Virus record (IMG/VR): IMGVR_UViG_2721755846_000003 | Location: 1-64,000 of that record | Length of the DNA stretch: 64,000 nucleotides | From: a virus | Lineage: Duplodnaviria > Caudoviricetes | Direction: 5' to 3' (one strand) | Part shown: positions 48,373 through 57,374 of the stretch, piece by piece | Layout: every line of letters begins with the position of its first letter | How positions within the stretch are numbered: the first letter of the stretch is position 1 | The notes under the pieces: generated by a model | The model's input: only the letters and a program-made list of their open reading frames with translations | Database searches by the model: none | Told to the model about the DNA's origin: nothing | Position numbers and translations under genes: made by a program

Positions 48373-49022
48373 TGGCGGGTAGCTGCTGTGGGTCAACCCG
48401 CGTCATCCCGCGCCTGGACCCGGCGCCGTGCAACGCGCTCACACAGGCGGCGGCCGGGCTCCTCGTGCCACGTGCCGAGGTCGCCGGGATCGCCCCCGGC
48501 GGCGCGGTCTCGGCGACGCGCTCGGTCGACGTGGACGTGCAGGCACCGGCCGCCGGTGCTTGCCCGCAGACCTGGACGGTCGGGGCGCGCCTCACCCCGG
48601 TCAGCGGTGAAGTGCTCGGGGCAGACGCGAACCTGCAAGCCGTTGCCTCCGGAACATGGGTGGCGACCAGTGCCCAGGTCGTGCTTCCCGAGGCGGGGAC
48701 GTACGTCCTGTCCGCCGACTTCTATTCGCACATCGCCGCGACCACGCCGTGGGCGGTGGCGATCAACGCCCGGCTGTTCAACGTCACCGCTGGGGCACCC
48801 GTGCCCGGCACCAACCGGCGCATCCAGTTCGGCAACATCAACGATCCCGGTGGAGGCACGGTGATGGCGCTGCAGAACGCCGGCAGCCTCAACGCCTTCC
48901 TCACCGTCACCGGGCCGACGACGATCCGCGTGGAAGGGCAGCGGCAGTACGTCGGCTTCAACGACTCCACACAGGCGCTCCTCGGAGGGCCACGCCTCGG
49001 TTTCCTGAAGGTGAGCGACTGA
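48372..49022 (+). CDS. Beta-sandwich structural protein, paralog 1
   Basis: LPEAGTY...ARLFNVTAGA.VP. Confidence 0.75.
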   Translation: MAGSCCGSTRVIPRLDPAPCNALTQAAAGLLVPRAEVAGIAPGGAVSATRSVDVDVQAPAAGACPQTWTVGARLTPVSGEVLGADANLQAVASGTWVATSAQVVLPEAGTYVLSADFYSHIAATTPWAVAINARLFNVTAGAPVPGTNRRIQFGNINDPGGGTVMALQNAGSLNAFLTVTGPTTIRVEGQRQYVGFNDSTQALLGGPRLGFLKVSD

Positions 49023-49666
49023 TGGCCGGTAGCTGCGGGCGTACGTACCGCGTTGACGCGCCCGTGGACCCTGCGCCGTGCAACGCCCTCACCCGGACGG
49101 CGGGCGGGCTCCTCGTGCCGCACACCGCTCTCCAGGGCATCGCCCCCGGCGGCGCGGTGTCGGCGCAGCGCTCGGTCGACATCGACGTGACGCCGCCTGC
49201 CGCCGGGGCGTGCCCGGAGACGTGGCAGGTCGGGGCGCGGCTCACTCCGGTCAGTGGGCAGACGTCCGGCGCTGTCGGCATTCAAGGTTCCCCTTTCGAC
49301 ACGTGGATTCCCGTCACCGGGGCGCAGCTGGTGCTGCCGGAGGCGGGTGTCTACGAAGTGATCGCCGACGTTCAAGGCGGCGTGATCATGAACGGCAGCG
49401 TCTCCAACGCGATCATCCAAGCCCGGCTGTTCGACGTCACCGCGGGCGCCGTGGTGCCGTCCACCGTGCGGACCATCCTGCTCTTCGCCGCGACACCCTC
49501 CGCCAGCGTCCACACGCTTCAAGCCACGGCCTCGGCCTCGGCGCTGTACCAGGTGGCAGGGCCGAGAACGATTCGAGTCGAGGGCCTGAAGCACGTCGAC
49601 AGCGGAACCACGAGCGGTGAAGCCGTCTGGGCACAGAACTTCCGCTTCAAGAAGGTGGCCGACTGA
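49022..49666 (+). CDS. Beta-sandwich structural protein, paralog 2
   Basis: N-terminal half nearly identical to paralog 1. Confidence 0.75.
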   Translation: MAGSCGRTYRVDAPVDPAPCNALTRTAGGLLVPHTALQGIAPGGAVSAQRSVDIDVTPPAAGACPETWQVGARLTPVSGQTSGAVGIQGSPFDTWIPVTGAQLVLPEAGVYEVIADVQGGVIMNGSVSNAIIQARLFDVTAGAVVPSTVRTILLFAATPSASVHTLQATASASALYQVAGPRTIRVEGLKHVDSGTTSGEAVWAQNFRFKKVAD

Positions 49667-50157
49667 TGACGGGAACGGCCGCGAGCCTCAACCGGGTTGA
49701 CGGGGCGTGGGCAGACTCGACCACGCTCAACTTCCTGCACACGCTCACCGGGGCACTCCGGGCGTGGGAGGCCATCCCCGAGGTGCCGTTGCTGACCATC
49801 CCGCGCGCCGGTGTCTGGGAGGTCAACTTCCAGGTGCGCGGCGTCGCGCTGCTCCCGGCTCCGGGCGCAGCGAACACCGACACGGGTGTCGTCGCCGGCA
49901 TGTACAAGAACGGGGCTCTCGTTGCCGGTACGGAAGCGATGGTGATCTACCACAGCGAACTCGCGGGCGACCAGGGCAAGCAGATCCAGGCGACGGGCTC
50001 GCGGCAGTTCATGCACCTGTTCGCCGCCGGGGACACGGTGGGGCTCGGCGCCTATCGCCTCGGCACGTTCGGCAGCGCCGCGGTGGTCAGCAACGGCGAC
50101 GGCCGCACGTACATCTCGGCCCACTGGGTCGCCCCGGAAGGAGACACCCCAGCATGA
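49666..50157 (+). CDS. Beta-sandwich (C1q/BclA-like?) protein, paralog 3
   Basis: MTGTAASL start; IP.AGVW.V...AGDTV.L. Confidence 0.7.
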   Translation: MTGTAASLNRVDGAWADSTTLNFLHTLTGALRAWEAIPEVPLLTIPRAGVWEVNFQVRGVALLPAPGAANTDTGVVAGMYKNGALVAGTEAMVIYHSELAGDQGKQIQATGSRQFMHLFAAGDTVGLGAYRLGTFGSAAVVSNGDGRTYISAHWVAPEGDTPA

Positions 50158-50624
50158 CCGGAACCGCCGCCAGTCTCGACACCGGCGGTAGCGGCTTCGC
50201 TGCCCTACCGGCAGGCGTCGACCTCACGTCGGCCGCCTCCGGCGCATGGGTCAACCTCGGGCTGTCCCTCGCGCTGCCTACGGCCGGCACCTACCACCTC
50301 GACGCGGTCGTCCGGGGAAACATCGGCCGAATGGGCACGGGCGAGAACGCGCTCATCACCGCCCGGCTGTGGGACATCACCGCGGGCGCCATCGTCCCCG
50401 ACAGTCAGGCCATCGTCGTACAGATCGCCGAGTTCGCCCCGGGTGCCGCGACCGCCTTGCAGTGGAACAGCTCCGCCGCGATCAGCGTCGAGTACAAGCC
50501 CACTTCGCCGAGGACGATCCGGCTGGAAGTCGCCCGAACCGACATCGCGGGGACGACTGAGACGGCCGGGATCGGTTCCGACACTCTCCAGCGCACCACC
50601 CTGCGATACGCGCGCGTCGCGTAG
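50154..50624 (+). CDS. Beta-sandwich protein, paralog 4
   Basis: MTGTAASL start; LPTAGTY...ARLWDITAGA.VP. Confidence 0.7.
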   Translation: MTGTAASLDTGGSGFAALPAGVDLTSAASGAWVNLGLSLALPTAGTYHLDAVVRGNIGRMGTGENALITARLWDITAGAIVPDSQAIVVQIAEFAPGAATALQWNSSAAISVEYKPTSPRTIRLEVARTDIAGTTETAGIGSDTLQRTTLRYARVA

Positions 50625-50651
50625 CCCCTCACCCCTCTTGGAGGTCCCCTC

Positions 50652-51134
50652 ATGTCCGGTACCAGCGGCAGCGTTTCGGCGGCAGCGGCAGCCGATGCCG
50701 AGTACGAGATCCTGTGCGACGTCCAGGCCGACGGCACCAGCACGCCGTTCCTGCGGCACTACACCACCAGCGGCACCGGCGCCCCGGCCGTGTCGGACAC
50801 CGGGCTGGACGGCACCACGCCGTACGCGCCGACTGGCACCGTCGTACGGTGCGGCACCAGCCCGTCCCCGCAGATCGACAGCACGGCGCAGCGGCAGACC
50901 GGCGTCGGGGCCGTCACCATCACGGCCGGCGCCCGCTCGGTGACGCTCCTGGTGTTCGCCGGCTCGCCCACGGTGGCGATCGGCGGAGGGGCGGCCGTGG
51001 CGTTCCCTGCGGGCAGCTCCGGCACCTGGTCCGTCGACCAGGGCGGGAAGAACGGCGAGAAGCTCCAGGACGCTTTCGTGTTCACCGGGGTGGCGGGCTC
51101 GGATTTCATCGTCCTGTCCACGCGCGAGCTGTAA
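50652..51134 (+). CDS. Minimal version of proteins A/B (one LCDVQADG module plus shared C-terminal domain)
   Basis: LCDVQADGT.TPFLR...LDGTTPY.PTGTV; SVT...G...TWSV. Confidence 0.75.
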   Translation: MSGTSGSVSAAAAADAEYEILCDVQADGTSTPFLRHYTTSGTGAPAVSDTGLDGTTPYAPTGTVVRCGTSPSPQIDSTAQRQTGVGAVTITAGARSVTLLVFAGSPTVAIGGGAAVAFPAGSSGTWSVDQGGKNGEKLQDAFVFTGVAGSDFIVLSTREL

Positions 51135-51143
51135 CCGCGGCTG

Positions 51144-51452
51144 ATGCCCACGAACGGCACCTACACGCCGCCCTCACCGCGCATCGAGCGCGCGACCGGG
51201 GTGACGGACGGCAGCGGGAACGTGACCTTCACCTGGCCCGCCGGGGCGTTCTCCGCTCCGCCTGTGGTGACGCACTCCATTGAGGCGGCGGCGGTCGGGG
51301 TGCGCACCGCGCGGATCACCGCGAACAGTGCGACGGCTACCACCTTCCAGGTGCTCGTCACGACCGGCGTGACCGTCCTCGGGATCAGCGTCCTGGGCCC
51401 CGGTGTCGCCGCGTCCGGGGTCACGGTGCACGCCCACGCCGTCGCCCCATAA
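51144..51452 (+). CDS. Small beta-strand structural protein
   Basis: VTFTWPAGAFSAPPVV, typical of fibre-tip domains. Confidence 0.65.
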   Translation: MPTNGTYTPPSPRIERATGVTDGSGNVTFTWPAGAFSAPPVVTHSIEAAAVGVRTARITANSATATTFQVLVTTGVTVLGISVLGPGVAASGVTVHAHAVAP

Positions 51453-51527
51453 CCCCCATAGACTCACCTGGAACGCCGCTGGTTTAGGGCCGGGCGCCTC
51501 CTCCACCCCTTCACGAGGAGCACCCCC

Positions 51528-53438
51528 ATGGGCAAGTGCTGTGGCCTGAGCCCCTGCAACTGCCGCGTGACCGCCGGGTCCGGCGTCACGGTCAACGGCA
51601 ACGGCTCGCCAGCCAACCCCTACGTCATCAGCGCCGACTCGGCCACGCCAACCGCCGTGCAGGCAGCAGATACCCCCACGGTCGACACCACCGTCAGCGG
51701 CACCGGCACGGCCGCGGACCCGTACGTCGTCAGCTCCGCCGTCATCCTGGACCCGGTCCCGCCTGGTGGCGGCAGCAACCTCGCCCACGCCGGGCCGGAC
51801 GGCATCTATGTGGAGTGCGCGGACGTACGGCAGTGCATCTCCTCCGGGGACGGCGCAGCGTACGACCCGGCCACGGGCGTGGTGTCCGCGCGGGCCTCCA
51901 CGGACGCGGGTAACACCGTGGTGTTCGGCTCGGACGGTGGCCTGTTCTCCGCTGGCGGAGGCGGCGGTGCCCCCACGGTCGTCCAGGCCGGGGACACCAC
52001 CACGGCGGACAACACCGTGACGGGTACCGGCGCGGCCGGCGACCCGTACGTGGTCACCACCGACGTCATCGTGGACCCGGCCCCGCCCGCCGGGGGAATC
52101 AACCTGCTCAACGCCGGGCCCGATGGCCTGTACGTGGAGTGCGCCGACGTGCGGCAGTGCTTCTCCGCCGGGGACGGGGCGGCCTACGACCCGGCCACCG
52201 GGGAGATCAGCGCCCGCGTCTCCGGGGACGCCGGCAACCAGACCACCTTTGGGGCGGACGGCGGGATCTACACCCCCGCCGCGGCGACGGCGCTCGTGGC
52301 CGCCGACACCCCCACGGTGGACGTGACCGTGACCGGTACCGGCACGGCCGCCGACCCCTACCAGGTGGCCGCCGCGGTAATCCTCGACTCCACCCCGCCT
52401 GGCGGTGGCAGCAACCTCCTGGAGGAGGGCCCGGGCGGGCTCTACGTGGAGTGCGCCGACGTGCGGCAGTGCTTCTCCGCCGGGGACGGCGCCGCGTACG
52501 ACCCGGCCACCGGGGAGTTCTCCGCGCGCCTGTCGACCGATGCCGGCAACACCGTGGCGTTCGGCGCGGACGGCGGCCTGTACTCGAACGGCGGCACGCC
52601 CACGGCGCTCCAGGCCGCGGACACCCCGACGCTCAACGCCACGGTGACCGGCACGGGGGCTGCGGGGGACCCGTACATCGTCTCTGGGGACGTCGTGGTC
52701 GCCCCGGAGCCCAACGGCGTGGAGGCGGCCGCAAACGGGCTCCTGGTGGCCCCCAGCGCGGACACCGGGAACCGGTTGGCGTTCGGCGCGGACGGCCGGC
52801 TGTTCGTGCCGCCGGTCCCCCCGCCGGAGGTCGGCTGCGGCCTCCAGGGCGACGGCACCGCCGCCTCTCCGCTGGCCGCGTTTCCCATCGCCGGCTCCCA
52901 GCCGTGGACGGACGACTGGAACTGTGACCCGGTCGCCAACAGCACGCTGAAGTGCGACCCGAGCAGCGGAGCCCTGTGGACGCCGCCCGAGCACACCAAC
53001 GCCGCCGTCACCGTCCAGCAGAACCACCCGCTCGGCGTGCCGACCATCGCCGTAACGGGCGGGTTCGTCCTCGTCGACTCCACCGCCTGGTCCGAAGGCG
53101 CCTACACCGCCGACAGCCTGAGCGCCTGCCGTGGCATCAGCTTCTCCACCCGGTTCACCGGCCACGTGGAACTCACCTGGCCGGCGAACGCTCAGTTCGA
53201 CCTCGGGTATGCCGTGCAGATCAACGGCGGCGCCCTGGCCGTGCGGCAGACGCACAGCGTCCTCGCCAACGGCCCGGCCCGCCACGAGCGGTACAGCTTC
53301 GGCATCTCGCAGGCGACCGTCCTGCCCCCGCACACCGGCTACGCGGTGCGCGTCTACCCGGCGATCCGCGTGACGGCCGGCACCGTCACGATCAACCAGT
53401 GGATCACCGACACCGACCTCATCGCCATGACCCGGTAA
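51528..53438 (+). CDS. Fibre-like protein with 3.5 tandem ~105-aa repeats
   Basis: Repeated GTG.A.DPY...GP.G.YVECADVRQC.S.GDGAAYDPATG. Confidence 0.85.
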   Translation: MGKCCGLSPCNCRVTAGSGVTVNGNGSPANPYVISADSATPTAVQAADTPTVDTTVSGTGTAADPYVVSSAVILDPVPPGGGSNLAHAGPDGIYVECADVRQCISSGDGAAYDPATGVVSARASTDAGNTVVFGSDGGLFSAGGGGGAPTVVQAGDTTTADNTVTGTGAAGDPYVVTTDVIVDPAPPAGGINLLNAGPDGLYVECADVRQCFSAGDGAAYDPATGEISARVSGDAGNQTTFGADGGIYTPAAATALVAADTPTVDVTVTGTGTAADPYQVAAAVILDSTPPGGGSNLLEEGPGGLYVECADVRQCFSAGDGAAYDPATGEFSARLSTDAGNTVAFGADGGLYSNGGTPTALQAADTPTLNATVTGTGAAGDPYIVSGDVVVAPEPNGVEAAANGLLVAPSADTGNRLAFGADGRLFVPPVPPPEVGCGLQGDGTAASPLAAFPIAGSQPWTDDWNCDPVANSTLKCDPSSGALWTPPEHTNAAVTVQQNHPLGVPTIAVTGGFVLVDSTAWSEGAYTADSLSACRGISFSTRFTGHVELTWPANAQFDLGYAVQINGGALAVRQTHSVLANGPARHERYSFGISQATVLPPHTGYAVRVYPAIRVTAGTVTINQWITDTDLIAMTR

Positions 53439-53450
53439 GGAGCCCTGACC

Positions 53451-53633
53451 GTGCGCTACTTCCTGCACAGCAACGGCGGCTGGCTGACCGTCAGCGGCGA
53501 CGCCGACGTGTTCAACGTCGTGCCCGACGGCTACCGCGAGGTGACCGAGGCCGAGTACAACGAGGCGGCCGGCGTCATCATCGTGGAGCTGCCGACCGGC
53601 AACGACGGCGACGGCGACCAGTCGGCCGTCTGA
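53451..53633 (+). CDS. Small acidic protein (fibre chaperone-like)
   Basis: AAGGAG RBS; RYF...GYREVTEAEY. Confidence 0.65.
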   Translation: MRYFLHSNGGWLTVSGDADVFNVVPDGYREVTEAEYNEAAGVIIVELPTGNDGDGDQSAV

Positions 53634-53757
53634 AAGCTGCCTGCTCGCAGCCGGGTTCCAGGGCCCGGCCGCAGCTAAACTGAACTCGCCGCTGGCTTCG
53701 GGCCGGGCAACATGTCGCTGGTTGAGGGCCGGGCTTCCTGCACGTAGGAGGCACGGC

Positions 53758-54435
53758 ATGTCCTGCCCGCTCATCGCGAACGCGGACGTCATGCGCATCA
53801 CCCGGGTTGACCAGTGTGGCAACCCGATCCCCGGCCCCGACAACGGCTATGTGTTCGACTGCTTTTCGAGCCTGGCCATGAACAACAACTCCGATGACGG
53901 CGATGACATCGAGTACAAGGCCGCCAACGGCCGGGTCTGCGGCTTCAAGAAGGGGTGCCCCACGTTCAGGGGGTTCGACCTGGAGCTGAACGTGTACTCC
54001 GTCTCTCCGGAGCTGATCGAGATCCTGACCGGCAACCCGGTGGTGCTCGGGTTCGACGGCAAGCCGATCGGTTTCGACACCTGCTCCGTGAAGTGCGACA
54101 CCGGTTTCGCGGTGGAACTCTGGGCGGACGTCCTGGGCGACGCGTGTGTCGCGGGTGCCACGGGCCAGTGGATCTACTTCCTCCTGCCGTGGGTGTCCAA
54201 CGGCCTGCTCGGCGACCTGGAGATCGGATCCGAGGCGGTCACCCTCCAGATCACCGGCTCCACCAAGACCGGCGGGAACTGGGGCGTCGGCCCGTACGAC
54301 GTCCAGCCGGCGGACGCCGCCAACACCCCCGGCCCGCTCCTCACGCCGCTAGGCGCCAACTGCCACCGGCGCACGTTCATCACCACCGTCGCGCCCCCGG
54401 CGCCCTCCTGTGACTACGTTCCGGTCCCGGTCTGA
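53758..54435 (+). CDS. Major tail (tube) protein
   Basis: MRITRVD.CG, K.ANG..C, FAVELW, Y.LLPW, WG.GPYDV, as in actinophage tail tubes. Confidence 0.85.
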   Translation: MSCPLIANADVMRITRVDQCGNPIPGPDNGYVFDCFSSLAMNNNSDDGDDIEYKAANGRVCGFKKGCPTFRGFDLELNVYSVSPELIEILTGNPVVLGFDGKPIGFDTCSVKCDTGFAVELWADVLGDACVAGATGQWIYFLLPWVSNGLLGDLEIGSEAVTLQITGSTKTGGNWGVGPYDVQPADAANTPGPLLTPLGANCHRRTFITTVAPPAPSCDYVPVPV

Positions 54436-54503
54436 CCCAGTGGCCACCAGTGCAGCCGCGCGGCGCCTCGTCGCGCGGCTGCCGCGTACTCAGGAGGTGA
54501 GTC

Positions 54504-55313
54504 ATGCCGCTCCAGACGACGGCGTGCAATCCGTGGCCGGTGGACCTGTGCTGCGACGTGGCGGGCGTGGAGGCGGCCACCCTGGAGCGGTGGCAGCGCG
54601 TGGCCACCCAGATCCTGTGGCGCTTGTCCGGCCGACGCATCGGCGTGTGCGACGTGACCGTACGGCCTTGCAGGCGGGCGTGCCTGGACTCCGGGCCGAT
54701 CTCGTTCCAGGCCGGGGTGGGCACCGGCCCGTGGGTGCCGTACATCGGCGTGGATGGCGCCTGGCGCAACGCGTCGGTGTGCGGCTGCGCGCCGTCCGGC
54801 TGCTCCTGCTCGGAGCTGTGTGAGGTCAAGCTCGGCGGGCCCGTCCACTCCGTGGTGCGCGTCAACGTGGACGGGGTGGACCTGGTGCCGGGGGTGGAGT
54901 ACCGGGTGGACGCGCCGAGCCTGCTCGTGCGCCTGGGCGGGGAGTGCTGGCCCACCTGCCAGGAGATGGCCGAACCGGAGTTCACGGCCGGGACGTTCAC
55001 CGTGGTCTACCGGTGGGGCATCGAGCCGGACGACTCCGCCATCGCCGCGGTGTCGGAGCTGACCTGCCACCTCCTCAAGGGATGCGGCGGCACCGGCTCC
55101 TGCGGCTGCAAGGCCAACCGCAACGTCACCCGGCTGCAACGCCAGGGCGTGGAGATGGAGATGCCGGACCCCACCGTCTTCTACAGCTCCGGCCTGACCG
55201 GCCTCCCGCTGGCCGACCTGTTCCTCACCACGGTTAACCCGGGACGGCTCTCACGGCCGTCCCGGGTGTACTCCGTGGACTACCAGCGCCCACGAAAGGC
55301 GACGTGGCCATGA
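54504..55313 (+). CDS. Head-to-tail adaptor-like protein
   Basis: LW.LSGR..G.C...VRP, WP.CQ, RQGV, TG....D......NP. Confidence 0.75.
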   Translation: MPLQTTACNPWPVDLCCDVAGVEAATLERWQRVATQILWRLSGRRIGVCDVTVRPCRRACLDSGPISFQAGVGTGPWVPYIGVDGAWRNASVCGCAPSGCSCSELCEVKLGGPVHSVVRVNVDGVDLVPGVEYRVDAPSLLVRLGGECWPTCQEMAEPEFTAGTFTVVYRWGIEPDDSAIAAVSELTCHLLKGCGGTGSCGCKANRNVTRLQRQGVEMEMPDPTVFYSSGLTGLPLADLFLTTVNPGRLSRPSRVYSVDYQRPRKATWP

Positions 55314-55315
55314 CC

Positions 55316-56062
55316 TCAGTCAGCCAGCCAAGCCCACTTCTCGCGGCGGATGATGGCGCTCACGGTCGTCTGGTCGACGCCGTACTCGTCGGCCAGCCTT
55401 TGCTGGGTCACGACCCGCGGAACGTACCGGCGCCGGATCGCCCGCACGTCGTCCTCGGTCAGCTTGGCGTCGGGGCGGTCCTCGCCCCGGTTGCTCCGCT
55501 CCGCCTCCACCATGTCCCGGGAGTTCTGCGCGGGCGTGTCCGCGTACAGGTGACGGATGTTCACGCACCCGTTGGTACCCGAACCTCCGTTGCAGCGGTG
55601 CAGGACCGAGACGTCCGCGCCGGGGTCGCCGTGGCGGAGCATCCACACCACCCTGGCGGCCGTCCTGCGCTTTCCTGCGTAGCGAGCGAGGGCCCCGCGG
55701 CCCTCGGCGCCAGGCGGCACCAGGCAGTTGTCAGTGGCGGCGTGCGCGGCGTCTCGCAGGAAGGCCATGACCGCGCCCGGCGTCGTCCTGGTCTTCGCGG
55801 CCGGGTCGCCGTGCCTGCGGCGGCGAGTGTCGTGCTTCTTGCACAGGCCCCGCAGTCGGTTGGCCACGGCTCCCGAGCAGCGCACGCCGTCCTCGGTGAC
55901 CGTGCAACTGGCGGGGACCGGGCGGAGGCCGGGCCGGGTGGCGGGGTCCACGCCGTGGCGGCGGGCGTAGCGGTAGCACGCTTCGCAGCGACCGCCCACG
56001 AGGCGCCCGGTGTTCGTGCAGGGTGGCGTGCCGCACAAGGGCGCGCCCGTACGCTGTGCCAT
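55316..56062 (-). CDS. HNH homing endonuclease 4
   Basis: VLHRC...CVNIRHLY..T...N..DM, RGE....KLT, HTH. Confidence 0.88.
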   Translation of the reverse strand: MAQRTGAPLCGTPPCTNTGRLVGGRCEACYRYARRHGVDPATRPGLRPVPASCTVTEDGVRCSGAVANRLRGLCKKHDTRRRRHGDPAAKTRTTPGAVMAFLRDAAHAATDNCLVPPGAEGRGALARYAGKRRTAARVVWMLRHGDPGADVSVLHRCNGGSGTNGCVNIRHLYADTPAQNSRDMVEAERSNRGEDRPDAKLTEDDVRAIRRRYVPRVVTQQRLADEYGVDQTTVSAIIRREKWAWLAD

Positions 56063-56159
56063 GTCGACTCCTACTCAGTCGGCGTTGCCCCCGGGATGGC
56101 GCCCACCGCCGTCCTGGGGGTCTGCTATGTCGGGTTCGACCGTAACGGGAGGGTCTGAC

Positions 56160-56768
56160 ATGGCCCTGAACCTCACCGCCGTCCAGGACGTGGCGGAGGC
56201 CCTGCTGGGGTGCGCGTGCGCGGCTCTGCAGGGCGCGGCCAGCCAGGTGGAAGGCCAGCCGGGATGCCCCTGCCGTAGCTGCCTCGTGCCGGGCACACCG
56301 GCGTGGGACTCCTGCGATGACCCGTGCAACATGAGCCCGGACGGTGGGGCCGGTGGCCAACTCACCGTCAACGTCTCGCGGCTGTACTCCTCCACGGAAT
56401 TCCCCACCGTCGACCGCACCCTGCCGCCCACCCAGGCGAGAGGCAGGACCATGTGCGCGGCGCCGCCGGCCACGGCCGTGGAGCTTGTGGTCACGCTGCT
56501 GCGCTGCGCCCCCTCGTTCGATGAGGGCGGCTGCCCGCCCTCGTGCGAGGCGCTGGGGGAGGCGGCCCGCATCCTGCACACGGACATGGTGGTCGTGCGC
56601 AACGCCCTGGAGTGCTGCCTGCCCGACAGCGGCGAGCAGCGGCGCGGCCGGGTGGTGTTCGTCGGGGAGTCCCGCGCAATCGGCCCGCAAGGCGGCTGCG
56701 TTGGGTTGGAACAGCGCGTCATCGTGGCCCTGCCTGGCTGTCTGTGCCCGCAGGAGGGGACGCCGTGA
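56160..56768 (+). CDS. Tail terminator / neck protein
   Basis: G...AWD.C, GQL.V, LLRC, GPQGGCVG; position. Confidence 0.7.
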   Translation: MALNLTAVQDVAEALLGCACAALQGAASQVEGQPGCPCRSCLVPGTPAWDSCDDPCNMSPDGGAGGQLTVNVSRLYSSTEFPTVDRTLPPTQARGRTMCAAPPATAVELVVTLLRCAPSFDEGGCPPSCEALGEAARILHTDMVVVRNALECCLPDSGEQRRGRVVFVGESRAIGPQGGCVGLEQRVIVALPGCLCPQEGTP

Positions 56769-57142
56769 GCGTGGAGGTACGCATCAACCAGGGCGCCCTG
56801 GCACGGCTGCTGCGCGCCCGCAGCGGGCCCGCACGGCGCAAGCTGGAGCAGCGCACGGAGCGGGTGGCCCGGATCGCCGTGGCGGATGCCCCCGGCAGCA
56901 TGGGCCAGTACATCACTACCGACATTCAGGAGGGGCCGCGCGGCCTCCAGGGCGTCATCACCTGCCATCACCCCAAGGTGCGCCTGGTGCTGGATGGCAC
57001 CCGGCCTCACATCATCCGCCCCCGTAACAAGCGCTACCTGCGCTTCGAGGTGGGCGGCGACGTGGCGTTCGCCAAGCTGGTGCGCCACCCCGGAACCCGG
57101 CCCAACAACTTCCTGGCCCGGGCGCTCCGCCTGGGCCGGTAG
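56765..57142 (+). CDS. HK97 gp10-like neck protein
   Basis: GTRPHII.P....LRF, V.HPGT.PN.FL..AL. Confidence 0.8.
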   Translation: MSVEVRINQGALARLLRARSGPARRKLEQRTERVARIAVADAPGSMGQYITTDIQEGPRGLQGVITCHHPKVRLVLDGTRPHIIRPRNKRYLRFEVGGDVAFAKLVRHPGTRPNNFLARALRLGR

Positions 57143-57374
57143 GTAGCGCGTCCTATTTGCAGCGTGCCCCCTGCCGACTGGACAGGTCCGATGGACGTCC
57201 GTCGAATCCCGAATTAAAATGAAATAGCGCATTCAGGCGGGAGCGGAACTTACTGGTACCCACAAGGCCTCAGACCTCCCGGCGACGCGAACCATGGGGC
57301 ATTTCAGTGGTGGACCATCGCCATGCGGCTGGGTCGGTCGGGTGGGCCCGTCTACCATTCCCAAGGAGAATCCT

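Noticed and set aside
24785-56159. HNH genes as group I intron or intein cargo
   Set aside because: All four sit between intact genes; no split host gene or splice motifs seen
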